From positions 186,001 through 250,000 of the IMG/VR virus record IMGVR_UViG_3300042922_000643: DNA of 64,000 bases; one strand, 5' to 3'. Under the pieces are notes generated by a model. The model did not search any database. It had not been told where the DNA came from and saw only the letters and a list, made by a program, of their open reading frames with translations. How positions within the stretch are numbered: position 1 is the first letter of the stretch; every line of letters starts with the position of its first letter. The translations under genes and the position numbers were made by a program. This document shows, in pieces, positions 1-8,961 of the stretch.

Positions 1-201
1 GCCTCATGCCTTATGCATGGAGATGGGAAGAAACTGATGCTAATGAGTTCGCCTCTGCCTATGGGAAGAAGGTAGCAAAAGGATGAACTTTATTAACTTC
101 TGCGAAATGATCTTCGGGCGCTATCCGAATATGGATGGCGCTTTATTGTTGTCGATGTGTGACGTCGCCTACCAAGAGCTCTTAGAGGAGGAACAGGGAA
201 T

Positions 202-402
202 ATGAGGCATCCTATTTTCCAAGTTATCTCTGATGAGCGTATCAAGCAATCCCTTACTATAGGTGCTCTTGCTGACAGATCGGGTTTGCCTTGTTCACTT
301 GTCATTCGCGCAGTCGTTACTGGAGAAGGAAACATGAATACCGTCATCACATTATTAGATACTCTCGGTTTTGAAGTCGAAGTCAAGAGAAAGGAGGTGT
401 AG
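202..402 (+). CDS. XRE/Cro-type helix-turn-helix protein
   Basis: ISDERIKQSLTIGALADRSGL pattern typical of XRE HTH; paralog of the next ORF. Confidence 0.75.
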   Translation: MRHPIFQVISDERIKQSLTIGALADRSGLPCSLVIRAVVTGEGNMNTVITLLDTLGFEVEVKRKEV

Positions 403-404
403 TC

Positions 405-617
405 TTGAAAACAGAAATCGCCAAATTAATAAGAGATGAACGTATTAAGCAAGGCCTGTCTATTCGCAGTTTAGCTGATAAGGCGGACTTGCATCACCCA
501 CAAATTGTTCGCCTGGAACAAGGTAAGGGTGATCTTACCACTTTCGAAAAGACACTGGCGGTGTTAGGCTACAAACTTCAAGTCATCAAGACGAATGAAG
601 AATCATCTGAAAAATAA
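405..617 (+). CDS. XRE/Cro-type helix-turn-helix protein
   Basis: IRDERIKQGLSIRSLADKADLHHPQIVRLEQG; AGGAGG RBS before TTG. Confidence 0.8.
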   Translation: MKTEIAKLIRDERIKQGLSIRSLADKADLHHPQIVRLEQGKGDLTTFEKTLAVLGYKLQVIKTNEESSEK

Positions 618-633
618 AGGAGAACTACCACTA

Positions 634-852
634 ATGCATACAACTTCAATCACACCTAAATTCACAACTCTGCTCGATCTGCTAGAATCACAGCACGTTG
701 CATGGGGCTTTTATATGCACGAAGAAAATGGAGAAGAGTCTGAACGCATCAAATTAACGAACATACCTAGTGATTACTTCTACAGAGATGAAGATGTTAA
801 CGGTAAAGCTGTCTATTGCTTAGGCTTTATCCCTCAGTCGCTCGTAGCTTAA
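634..852 (+). CDS. hypothetical protein
   Basis: AAGGAG RBS then ATG at 634, inside the track ORF 595..852. Confidence 0.5.
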   Translation: MHTTSITPKFTTLLDLLESQHVAWGFYMHEENGEESERIKLTNIPSDYFYRDEDVNGKAVYCLGFIPQSLVA

Positions 853-894
853 TCACGCATATAACTAAAAATATAACTATATGGAGGAATTACA

Positions 895-1458
895 ATGACT
901 ACACCTACAAGACAAATGATGAACAAGGCTAACAAGATGAATGCAGAAGGAGCTAACAAATTCTTGGATTTCGAATCAATGATGTTCAACAACATGGAAA
1001 AGTATAAGAACACTGCTGTCGTGGCAGAGAATGCTCGTATGTATGCCTATGAGGAAGTCCTCAAGGAATGTGTACGTGAGATTCACAAGCTCAGTAAGGT
1101 TATCGACAAACAAAATCAAAAGATAGAGGAGTTGGTAAATAAGAACGATGTACTGGCTATGCGTCTCACTCGTAACAAAAACATCCTGATCGAGGAAAAG
1201 GTTACAGAGACAACCATCACGGTATCTTCTGAGCAACCTGATCGTCCTTTCGTTCGTGAATCTAAATGGACTAAGGATACGATCTTCCGCACGTTTGATA
1301 TCTACAGAAGAGATCACTATCTCTTTAGTAATATCACACCTGAGATTGTGCGGGACAACTGGAGATCAGTATACAACTACTGCAAGAAGTACACTGGTAT
1401 GACGCTTAAAGAGCTGCTCAGAGAATATGCTGATGAGCGGAATCTCAACTTTGCCTAA
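895..1458 (+). CDS. hypothetical coiled-coil protein
   Basis: GGAGG RBS, 187 aa, central heptad-like segment. Confidence 0.65.
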   Translation: MTTPTRQMMNKANKMNAEGANKFLDFESMMFNNMEKYKNTAVVAENARMYAYEEVLKECVREIHKLSKVIDKQNQKIEELVNKNDVLAMRLTRNKNILIEEKVTETTITVSSEQPDRPFVRESKWTKDTIFRTFDIYRRDHYLFSNITPEIVRDNWRSVYNYCKKYTGMTLKELLREYADERNLNFA

Positions 1459-1535
1459 ATGTTTACGACATGGGCCTGTATAGATATAGAAAGAGATAAA
1501 TAAAAACTAACCCAAATTAAAAGGAGACTATTTCA

Positions 1536-1799
1536 ATGGACAAAATTATTCGCGTTACTGCAAAATCAAACACAAATTCGGTTGCTGGGTATCTCGCAAT
1601 GGCTCTGCGTGAACATGGACGGGTTGAGATTCACGCTATTGGCGGGGGTGCTGTAAATCAAGGGGTCAAGGCTATTGCAATCGCTCGCGGATATGTTGCT
1701 CCAAGCGGTGTTGATTTGATTTGCATTCCTGCCTTTGATCACACAGAGATCAACGGTGAAAGTAAAGTCCAGATCAAGTTCATCGTTGAACCTCGCTAA
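1536..1799 (+). CDS. spoVS: stage V sporulation protein S homolog
   Basis: SNTNSVAGYLA...VEIHAIGGGAVNQGVKAIAIARGYVAPSGVDLICIPAF closely matches the SpoVS signature (AIGAGAVNQAVKAIAIARG). Confidence 0.92.
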   Translation: MDKIIRVTAKSNTNSVAGYLAMALREHGRVEIHAIGGGAVNQGVKAIAIARGYVAPSGVDLICIPAFDHTEINGESKVQIKFIVEPR

Positions 1800-1869
1800 A
1801 TCGTACTTCGCTTATTCCCTAGCTCACACCTTATGTATACCTAAAATTAAAAATGAGGAGTGTTTATTC

Positions 1870-2331
1870 ATGCAAAGATTGCAAGGTATCGTGTCAGAAA
1901 TCCCTACCCCTCCAGTTGCTACTCCTGTTCAAGAAGAGAAAGCACCTATGCCTATTAAGCCTGCGCGGGAATTCAATGCTTATTCTCCGTACTCTTATGG
2001 CCGAATGATGGAGCTTGAAAGATTGTACGCTAGAGAGCAGAAAATGAAACGTCTCGAATCTTTTACGATCAAGGTATCTATTGCTCTGACTCTAGTATTC
2101 TTCTGCGGGTTTATTACAACGGAGGTCTTAGGAAATAAGGCTCCTTCTGTCGAATGGCAGAAAACTTATGTATATCCTGGCGATACGATGTGGGAACTGA
2201 TTAAGGAATACAACCCAGATAAAGCATCTAAGTATGATATGCGAGATCTTATTCAAATTATGACTGAACACAATGGTAATTCGAGTCGTATCCAGGCAGG
2301 TTCAATGATCAATGTACCCATTCTAAAATAG
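1870..2331 (+). CDS. membrane-anchored LysM-domain protein (YneA-like architecture)
   Basis: TM segment then VYPGDTMWELIKEY...IMTEHNGNSSRIQAGSMINVP; GAGGAG RBS before ATG 1870. Confidence 0.75.
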   Translation: MQRLQGIVSEIPTPPVATPVQEEKAPMPIKPAREFNAYSPYSYGRMMELERLYAREQKMKRLESFTIKVSIALTLVFFCGFITTEVLGNKAPSVEWQKTYVYPGDTMWELIKEYNPDKASKYDMRDLIQIMTEHNGNSSRIQAGSMINVPILK

Positions 2332-2342
2332 GAGTGATAACA

Positions 2343-2675
2343 ATGGCATTTAAAATTGCGGCATTATTTACAAGAAAATCGGAGGCAGACTTAGTGTTGA
2401 CACCTACGAACACGCTTAGCCAACGTCAAATTCAACGGATGTACAAAGTAGACTGGATGATCGAGTACAAGTACGGGATGCTGATGCTACTCGTTGGTTT
2501 AATTGCTGATGGCACAGAGGAACCTGGTGATATCCAGCTCGCCATTCATATCACTCGGGAGATTGAATATCTGATTGAAGTCAGTCAATACATTCCAGAG
2601 AAGCATAAGGAATCTGTAAACCAAGACAATAAAAGACTTCGCGAGTTCTTTGAGGGATTAACTGTAATTAACTAG
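2343..2675 (+). CDS. hypothetical protein
   Basis: GGAGTG RBS, ATG 2343. Confidence 0.6.
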   Translation: MAFKIAALFTRKSEADLVLTPTNTLSQRQIQRMYKVDWMIEYKYGMLMLLVGLIADGTEEPGDIQLAIHITREIEYLIEVSQYIPEKHKESVNQDNKRLREFFEGLTVIN

Positions 2676-2745
2676 GCGAAAGGGCACGTCGTGAGACGCC
2701 CCTCGTATAGAGTTTGCCTCTCTATACCTGATGATGCTAGGCATA
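2672..2745 (+). ncRNA. type II hammerhead ribozyme candidate
   Basis: CGAAA 2677-2681; stem III with GTGA tetraloop; TC 2703-2704; 8-bp stem I 2705-2712/2720-2727; CTGATGA 2728-2734; loop I TGCCT can pair with downstream AGGCA. Confidence 0.7.
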
Positions 2746-2852
2746 CGTATCACAGATAAGCAAATACAAATGAAGGAAGGTGATTGGCTAATTAATGGCA
2801 ATGCTCTACGTTTCATCCCATCTCATGTATCATCAAACCCAAAATTAAAGGA

Positions 2853-3719
2853 GTGTTAACTACTATGTTTATAACTTATATCCTACCCCTGATTGCAACT
2901 ATCTTATTCCTCTACTCCGCTGCTGCTTACCGCTTGAAAACAAAGAAGGCTCAACAACTAGAAGAAGAGGTTCGGGTGGCTGAAGAAAAGGAAGAGAAGG
3001 AAAGAGAAGTTGAAGCTAAGGAACGTGAAGTCATCATTAAGGAAGAACTGGTGATCAATCGTGATACTACTTTCAACTTTCCTCCTCGCATTCAAGGTCT
3101 TATCAAAGACTACAACTTCATCGTGTTCAAATTTACAGATGGGGATCGGACTACACCTTATGGTCGCTTGAATGACTTGATCAACTGTGAACAATTAACT
3201 CGGGAAGAGTTGGATAACCTCCGTAATTATGAGGCCCTGCTGAGTGAGCTACGCAGTAAAGCATATCAAGGTGTAAAACCTCGTGGCTACAAGATCTTTC
3301 TTGATATCATCGTGGGAGAAATCCTGCAATACAATCTAGGATATCTAGGTCTAACTGACCGCAACCAAGCTGCTGTTAAGATTGCTAAGCATGACGACAA
3401 TAATATGTATATCAGTCACATCTATTTCTCTGTCGATCTGCGTAGTGAAATTGTACGAGCTTATCCGATCTCTACAAAGGAAGGAGAAGAATTGTTTAAG
3501 AAGGAAATCCTCGCTGATTCATCTCTCTGCACGGTGTTCGATCTAGAACTGGAACGCTTCGAGCAATTGAAGAAGGAACTCCAGAAGTATAATCAACATC
3601 ACCGTAATATTAAACCTGTAGAGGGTAGCTCACGCATGGAATATGTTCAGGTTCCAAGTGTAGCTAAGGAAGATGAGGCTGTGGATTTCAACAATATACC
3701 AGTGGCTCCTCAGCGCTAG
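2853..3719 (+). CDS. hypothetical protein with N-terminal TM helix
   Basis: 288 aa, hydrophobic N-terminus followed by a Glu/Lys-rich coil. Confidence 0.7.
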   Translation: MLTTMFITYILPLIATILFLYSAAAYRLKTKKAQQLEEEVRVAEEKEEKEREVEAKEREVIIKEELVINRDTTFNFPPRIQGLIKDYNFIVFKFTDGDRTTPYGRLNDLINCEQLTREELDNLRNYEALLSELRSKAYQGVKPRGYKIFLDIIVGEILQYNLGYLGLTDRNQAAVKIAKHDDNNMYISHIYFSVDLRSEIVRAYPISTKEGEELFKKEILADSSLCTVFDLELERFEQLKKELQKYNQHHRNIKPVEGSSRMEYVQVPSVAKEDEAVDFNNIPVAPQR

Positions 3720-3764
3720 TATGGACACCATCGGATTGGCACACCCCATATAGGAGGGATCATC

Positions 3765-4313
3765 ATGACGATTGTTACTTTACTGTTACTCCTTGTCATT
3801 GGTGCCGTTACTCTGAAACTTTATGTTCGTTATCAGAGAATTCGAGTTAAGGAATTACGCAGGGAAAGAGAACCTGCTATCTTTCATGTAAACCCGCGAA
3901 AAGGAAGAATACACCTTCGTCAGCCTATCCAGAGAAATCTTCGGCGAGCTTCGTGGATGATTGCACAGAACAATCCCCGTGTTAACGACAACATTAGGGA
4001 GTATTGTGAAGTGTTAGGCGTTGACAATTCTTGTTCCTATTTAGACACCTCAAAGCTGTGGGATACGACGGGTGGTAGCGCTCGTCGTCTTCTTCTGCGA
4101 GCAAAACAAAAGATCTTTTCGGAATCTAGTCTGTTCAGCATGATTGCCCGTAACGATCTGAAGAAAGAATCTGTCTTGATCAATCGTGTATTGAACAAGG
4201 TTAGATGCAGAAGAAATCGCAGCTATAAACTACTAATCAAATTCATAAGAAAAGAAGGAGAAGTGGACCCACATGAAAACAAATCGCCAAGACTTATTCA
4301 CAGGTGTAAATAA
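3765..4313 (+). CDS. hypothetical basic protein with N-terminal TM helix
   Basis: GGAGG RBS, 182 aa. Confidence 0.6.
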   Translation: MTIVTLLLLLVIGAVTLKLYVRYQRIRVKELRREREPAIFHVNPRKGRIHLRQPIQRNLRRASWMIAQNNPRVNDNIREYCEVLGVDNSCSYLDTSKLWDTTGGSARRLLLRAKQKIFSESSLFSMIARNDLKKESVLINRVLNKVRCRRNRSYKLLIKFIRKEGEVDPHENKSPRLIHRCK

Positions 4314-4830
4314 CAATTCCGTATACAATGAAGCAGGTGTTGAGCTGTTCCTTCGTATCACACTGTATCGCACCTATCTGTTATATCACGCTCAGAACGT
4401 AATTTACAGAAAGAGTGTGATCAGCGATCATGTTGACTTAGAAGTGTATGGAGCAATCATTGAACAGTTCTATGTTGACGCAGACGGTGAAGAACATGTT
4501 GTGCAATCTATGGATAGTGGACCTCTCTCTGGGCAACAATATGAGGTTAGCTACCTAGTAAACAATCTTGTTCGTATGCCGATTGGTTCGTTGGATCAGG
4601 TCGCTGCCTTCATTACGGAAGAGAAAGCCACCTGGAATAAGAATATATGGGGCAACCCATTTGGTAAAGCAGCGGAGAATGCACTGAAAGAAAAGCGGAG
4701 AAGAGAAGCGTTCTCCTCAACGGAAGAGACTCATAACTACCAACGCAGCAAGAAGGCACTCGCTAGATTCAACCATGAGTCTGTATTTCTAAGCAAAGGA
4801 AACGCAACGAAAGGAGGACTGAATATCTAA
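4273..4830 (+). CDS. hypothetical protein
   Basis: 185 aa, overlaps both neighbours in operon fashion. Confidence 0.6.
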   Translation: MKTNRQDLFTGVNNNSVYNEAGVELFLRITLYRTYLLYHAQNVIYRKSVISDHVDLEVYGAIIEQFYVDADGEEHVVQSMDSGPLSGQQYEVSYLVNNLVRMPIGSLDQVAAFITEEKATWNKNIWGNPFGKAAENALKEKRRREAFSSTEETHNYQRSKKALARFNHESVFLSKGNATKGGLNI

Positions 4831-5255
4831 TGGCTATTCTGATTGCAGACACAATTGCGCATATTGTCTATAAGCTGAAGGATCAATTAGTTAGAGCACT
4901 TATCCAGCATGAATCTTTTGTTATTCACCTTGAGGACACTCATTTACACCCAGAACTTGCAGATTGCACTATTCCATGTGAATTCGATCAAAGTACACGC
5001 AGAGTAGAGAAGATTAAGGAACAGGTCGAGCAGTACAGCCTGTTTGATCCCTCACTGCTGGACTATATCGAACAAGTAGACCAAGAGATTGGTAATATAG
5101 CAGATCGCTTCTTAGGCTGGGCACATCGCAAAATGATCAGCACCAGAGAAGCTATGGATAAATTCGGTCGTTCACAATCAACGATCTATCGCTGGATACG
5201 GTCTGGCAAATTGCAGGCGGTAAAAGAAAGAGGTCGTTGGTTGATCTCCGCGTAA
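4830..5255 (+). CDS. protein with C-terminal excisionase/MerR-like HTH
   Basis: ISTREAMDKFGRSQSTIYRWIRSGKLQAVKERGRWLI. Confidence 0.75.
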   Translation: MAILIADTIAHIVYKLKDQLVRALIQHESFVIHLEDTHLHPELADCTIPCEFDQSTRRVEKIKEQVEQYSLFDPSLLDYIEQVDQEIGNIADRFLGWAHRKMISTREAMDKFGRSQSTIYRWIRSGKLQAVKERGRWLISA

Positions 5256-5765
5256 TTTCAGTATGTGTTTGACCGCTCACAAGTAACCTTGAATTCTGAG
5301 GTGAGGGGCTGCTAGAGATAGCAGTGATAAGGCAGGGCTTGGGTGAGCGTAAATAAGGTAAGGAGGAAGAGATCCAGACGGAGAGAGTCCGTCAACGAAC
5401 TGTATTTGCCTTTGGGAGAGGCAGTTACCGTAAATGAGGTTGTCTTTTGCAAAATACTCTAATCGTACCCTTTTCGCACCAGTAAAGAGACTTTTATTTA
5501 AAACTCTACGAAAAAGGTGACCTCACATGAACAACAAGACTATCAAAATCCCGAATACAACCAGATTGGCAGACGCACTGGGTTTTACCTCGCTAATAAA
5601 GGAGGTGATGCCGATGTAGATCCATTAGCACTTGAGCCATGCGTTTTTTAAGTGGAGGGTGGAGTTTCTCTTAGCCTGACCGACACGCCGTCCTAAAAGA
5701 ATTTGGATTTCTGTCCTGAAGTATGACACTAAACTGCTTACACCAACTATTAGGAGGATTTACAA

Positions 5766-6149
5766 ATGGAAAAGAATCAAATCATCACTATGTATGCCGC
5801 TTATCGTTTCGAGGATATTGAGATTGAGGAGCAAGCACAAATGCTTAAAGCAAACAATGCTGCTCTCTCCCCTACGATTCGTCGTGACGCTCTGGATTGC
5901 CTGGAAGTCATTGAGCTGATTAAAGAGGTCTATATGACCGCCGCTCAACAGGGTGTAAACATCCTGGGGATGCGCTTTGATCTGGCCTTCCAATACGCTA
6001 CAGGTCAAACCCTAGATCGTTATAAAGATCGTGGTATCGTTGGCTCGGCATGGTCTGGTGTAGACCGTGGCATTGACGTCTCTGTTGGCGTGATGCGTAC
6101 AGGGCTCAATCGCTTTGGTCAATGGCTGTCTAGTAAGACTGCTAAGTAA
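5766..6149 (+). CDS. hypothetical protein
   Basis: AGGAGG RBS, 127 aa. Confidence 0.65.
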   Translation: MEKNQIITMYAAYRFEDIEIEEQAQMLKANNAALSPTIRRDALDCLEVIELIKEVYMTAAQQGVNILGMRFDLAFQYATGQTLDRYKDRGIVGSAWSGVDRGIDVSVGVMRTGLNRFGQWLSSKTAK

Positions 6150-6211
6150 TCTAGTAAATCTATTAACCATCCGTCAGCTCAATAAGGAGCGGGATAAAGG
6201 AGAAAACTATT

Positions 6212-6739
6212 ATGTCTAACCTGTCTTTCGAACAAATCCGTAAAGCTATGTCCGTTAATGTTGCTACTGCCCCGTCTGCTGCTCTGGAGAAAACGAAGAA
6301 GGCTGTAAGCGCCGTAGGATCGTTTGTAGGCGGTGTTCTTCCTGCGACTAACAACGCCCTGGATGAACGTACAGAACGTCTCCTGGAGCTTCTGGTGATC
6401 ACTCAGATGGATCTCTCGCACTTGCGTGACCAACTCGGTATGGATATCAATCCAGAGGAGATGGATCAGCAGGCTATGACGGATGCCGTGTCCATGTATA
6501 TGAGCTCATTCAAGAAGAAGCGGGAGAAAGCTGTTGAACCTCAACCTCAAATGACTGCTCCTGGAACGGTAGAGCAATCACGTCTGCAAGCATTCCTTCA
6601 GGGGGGCACACAAGAAGCACCAGCTCCATCTGCGGCTCCTGTCGTAAACGTAGCGCCTGTGGTAGGGGTGAGCAAACCTACCACCCTTGGAGACATGACT
6701 GTCTCCATGGAATCCCCAACAGAATGGCATAAGATGTAG
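6212..6739 (+). CDS. hypothetical protein
   Basis: AAGGAG RBS, 175 aa, Pro/Ala-rich tail. Confidence 0.65.
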   Translation: MSNLSFEQIRKAMSVNVATAPSAALEKTKKAVSAVGSFVGGVLPATNNALDERTERLLELLVITQMDLSHLRDQLGMDINPEEMDQQAMTDAVSMYMSSFKKKREKAVEPQPQMTAPGTVEQSRLQAFLQGGTQEAPAPSAAPVVNVAPVVGVSKPTTLGDMTVSMESPTEWHKM

Positions 6740-6781
6740 TCTTGTCGTGTCGGGCTGTCTGCAAGTCTCGTACTACCAAAA

Positions 6782-6808
6782 AATCGCGCCCAAAGAGGCC
6801 AAAGGAGA
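6782..6808 (+). promoter_or_regulatory. repeated leader element, copy 1
   Basis: AATCGCGCCCAAAGAGGCCAAAGGAGA; near-identical copy at 8927-8953; each abuts an RBS. Confidence 0.6.
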
Positions 6809-6816
6809 AATTTCTA

Positions 6817-8820
6817 ATGAAAAATGTTAACGTTACTGCTGCTAGTTTTGTCGTAGGTAAGAATGCGGATCTGACTGTACGTGTTGCTGAAATGGTAGAG
6901 GCAGGCGTGTTGACAGACAAAGCATTTGAAATGGCTGAGCTGGTAAAAGCAGGTATGTCTGTTGGGATCACTGTTCGTAATCCTCACAACAAGAAAGAGC
7001 ATATCGCTGAGGTCAACGAATTGGTTGGCATCCTGAATCGTATGGTTGCTGAAGATCTGGAAGTTGTTGTTGAAGAAGCTCCAAAACAAACTACAAAGAA
7101 AGAAGTGGTAGAAATGAAAACAGCTCCAATGACAAAAGAAGATATTAAGGCTCGCATCATTCACCTGGAAGGCGAAATTGTATTGGCTGAGAAACTGTTC
7201 ACAGATGGCAAACTGAAATTCGACAAAAAGACTGAACGCATCAACGCTGCGGATCGTGAGATTGATATTCTCAGACGCAAGCTGGCTGAACTGTCTGCCC
7301 CTACTGAAACAATGAGCGGTCACACTCGTACAGCAAGAGAACTGTGGGCAGACCGTCATGTCGATATCAGCGCAGGTAGTGCGACTGCTGCTCAGAACGA
7401 TCACAGTAAGGGTGCAAGAAACGCTGCATTCCGTGAAATCTCGGATCGTATTGAATATGCAAAGAATGACTATATGGCATCCCTGAAGTCCAATGATGTT
7501 GTTGTGTATGACATCGTCTACAAACAGGGTGACTATGATCGTATTGGTAACATCGTATTCCGTGTTCCTGCTGGTATGATGGAAATCAGCAAATGGACAG
7601 GTGAAAAGTATGAATGGGTATCCATGGACGATCATGACTATGATGGTACACTGCCTACTAGACGTCGTCTGATGGCTGGTTCTGGCTTCATCCGTTTGGC
7701 TATCAAGATGGATGCCAACAAAATGCCATATATCTCTTGGCCGAAGTCCAAAGGTAAAAATGAAGGTCAGTACTATGAAGTATTCAAGACAGCTGATGCT
7801 CGCTTTGACTTCTTGACTTCCGATAACAACCTGAATCTGAAAGCAGCTCTGGAAACTTTCTTGCTCACCTTCTGGGGTAAGCTAATGACTGCCAACGTTC
7901 GTAATCGTTCAGCTTTCAATGCAAGCTGCAACAATTGCAGATTCAAGACTGACCTGCCAATCTATGATGGTGTGGATGAAGAGTATGAGCACAAAGCAAA
8001 TGCTATCGACACTTCTGAGCTGGGTCAATATGGTTCCCGTATGCCACAGCTGATCTGCACCGTGCATAGCCAACTGATGGACCGTGATCTGATTGAAGAA
8101 GTGAATGAATCGGAAGCTGTGCAAGGTAAACAGTATTTCGATGAAGAAGGTAATGTTCGCTTTGCGGGTCCGAATCATGTTGTGGTTGGTGGTAAGCCTG
8201 TTGCTCTGTATAATCTGCGGAGTCAGGCTACTGTAGACACTTGCGCTGGATGCCCGTTCTACTCCAAGAACGAACGCAAACCAGACAAACGTTATGACAA
8301 GGAAGTTGAAGAAGCAGTATTCGAATACACCAAGGCTGGTGGCAAGATCGTTCGTAAAGAAGAAGATGGCCGCCTGGATCTGAAAGCTATGGGCATCTAT
8401 GTGAGCAAATACTGGACAGATCGTGCAAATGCAAACGCTCAGCCTGTATTCACGAAGACTATCGAGCATGGTAATACAAAGTGGACTCTGGGCTTCCCTG
8501 GTGAATTCGAGAACCCACAAGACTTCATGGTTATGGGTATCGGCGGTATTCGTATCTATGGTTCCCCTGATGTACTGCGTGTTGCGAAATGGGACTTCGT
8601 TCCACAAGTCGAAGCATTCCGTGCAGAAGAAGCCTCGGTTCTTAAGCTGGTTGATATCATTCACCAGACTGCAAATCAGATCACTCGTATTGATCAGGCC
8701 ACCCTGGATAACGTCATTAAGATGATCCAGACTACACCTAAGCCAGTGAAGGAACCATTGGTGACTCGTTACAACCGTGCGATCAAACGTTTGGCTGATA
8801 CGATCCGCGAAAATCAATAA
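6817..8820 (+). CDS. large hypothetical protein; possible SpoVG-like nucleic-acid-binding domain plus Cys-rich (CxxC) region
   Basis: AAGGAG RBS before ATG 6817; PYISWPKSKG..GQYYEVFK resembles the SpoVG FVAMPSK..G.Y.D motif; CNNC and CAGC motifs. Confidence 0.7.
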   Translation: MKNVNVTAASFVVGKNADLTVRVAEMVEAGVLTDKAFEMAELVKAGMSVGITVRNPHNKKEHIAEVNELVGILNRMVAEDLEVVVEEAPKQTTKKEVVEMKTAPMTKEDIKARIIHLEGEIVLAEKLFTDGKLKFDKKTERINAADREIDILRRKLAELSAPTETMSGHTRTARELWADRHVDISAGSATAAQNDHSKGARNAAFREISDRIEYAKNDYMASLKSNDVVVYDIVYKQGDYDRIGNIVFRVPAGMMEISKWTGEKYEWVSMDDHDYDGTLPTRRRLMAGSGFIRLAIKMDANKMPYISWPKSKGKNEGQYYEVFKTADARFDFLTSDNNLNLKAALETFLLTFWGKLMTANVRNRSAFNASCNNCRFKTDLPIYDGVDEEYEHKANAIDTSELGQYGSRMPQLICTVHSQLMDRDLIEEVNESEAVQGKQYFDEEGNVRFAGPNHVVVGGKPVALYNLRSQATVDTCAGCPFYSKNERKPDKRYDKEVEEAVFEYTKAGGKIVRKEEDGRLDLKAMGIYVSKYWTDRANANAQPVFTKTIEHGNTKWTLGFPGEFENPQDFMVMGIGGIRIYGSPDVLRVAKWDFVPQVEAFRAEEASVLKLVDIIHQTANQITRIDQATLDNVIKMIQTTPKPVKEPLVTRYNRAIKRLADTIRENQ

Positions 8821-8839
8821 TTACTGTCGTCTAGTCGGC

Positions 8840-8875
8840 GGGGCTATGGGAGAGCACCTATAGCCCTTTTTGTTT
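8840..8875 (+). terminator. rho-independent terminator
   Basis: GGGCTAT...ATAGCCC followed by T-tract. Confidence 0.75.
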
Positions 8876-8926
8876 TGCATAGAAGAGGGATCAGCGTCTC
8901 TATCTATTAAAATGCTGAATAAAACT

Positions 8927-8953
8927 AATCGCCCCAAAGAGGGCCAAAGGAGA
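8927..8953 (+). promoter_or_regulatory. repeated leader element, copy 2
   Basis: AATCGCCCCAAAGAGGGCCAAAGGAGA before ATG 8962. Confidence 0.6.
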
Positions 8954-8961
8954 TCAATCAC

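Noticed and set aside
202-617. Lysogeny switch (cI/cro)
   Set aside because: The two HTH genes are co-oriented, not divergent, and no integrase is present in the window
6742-6816. Track start of the 692-aa ORF
   Set aside because: The repeated leader and SD point to ATG 6817
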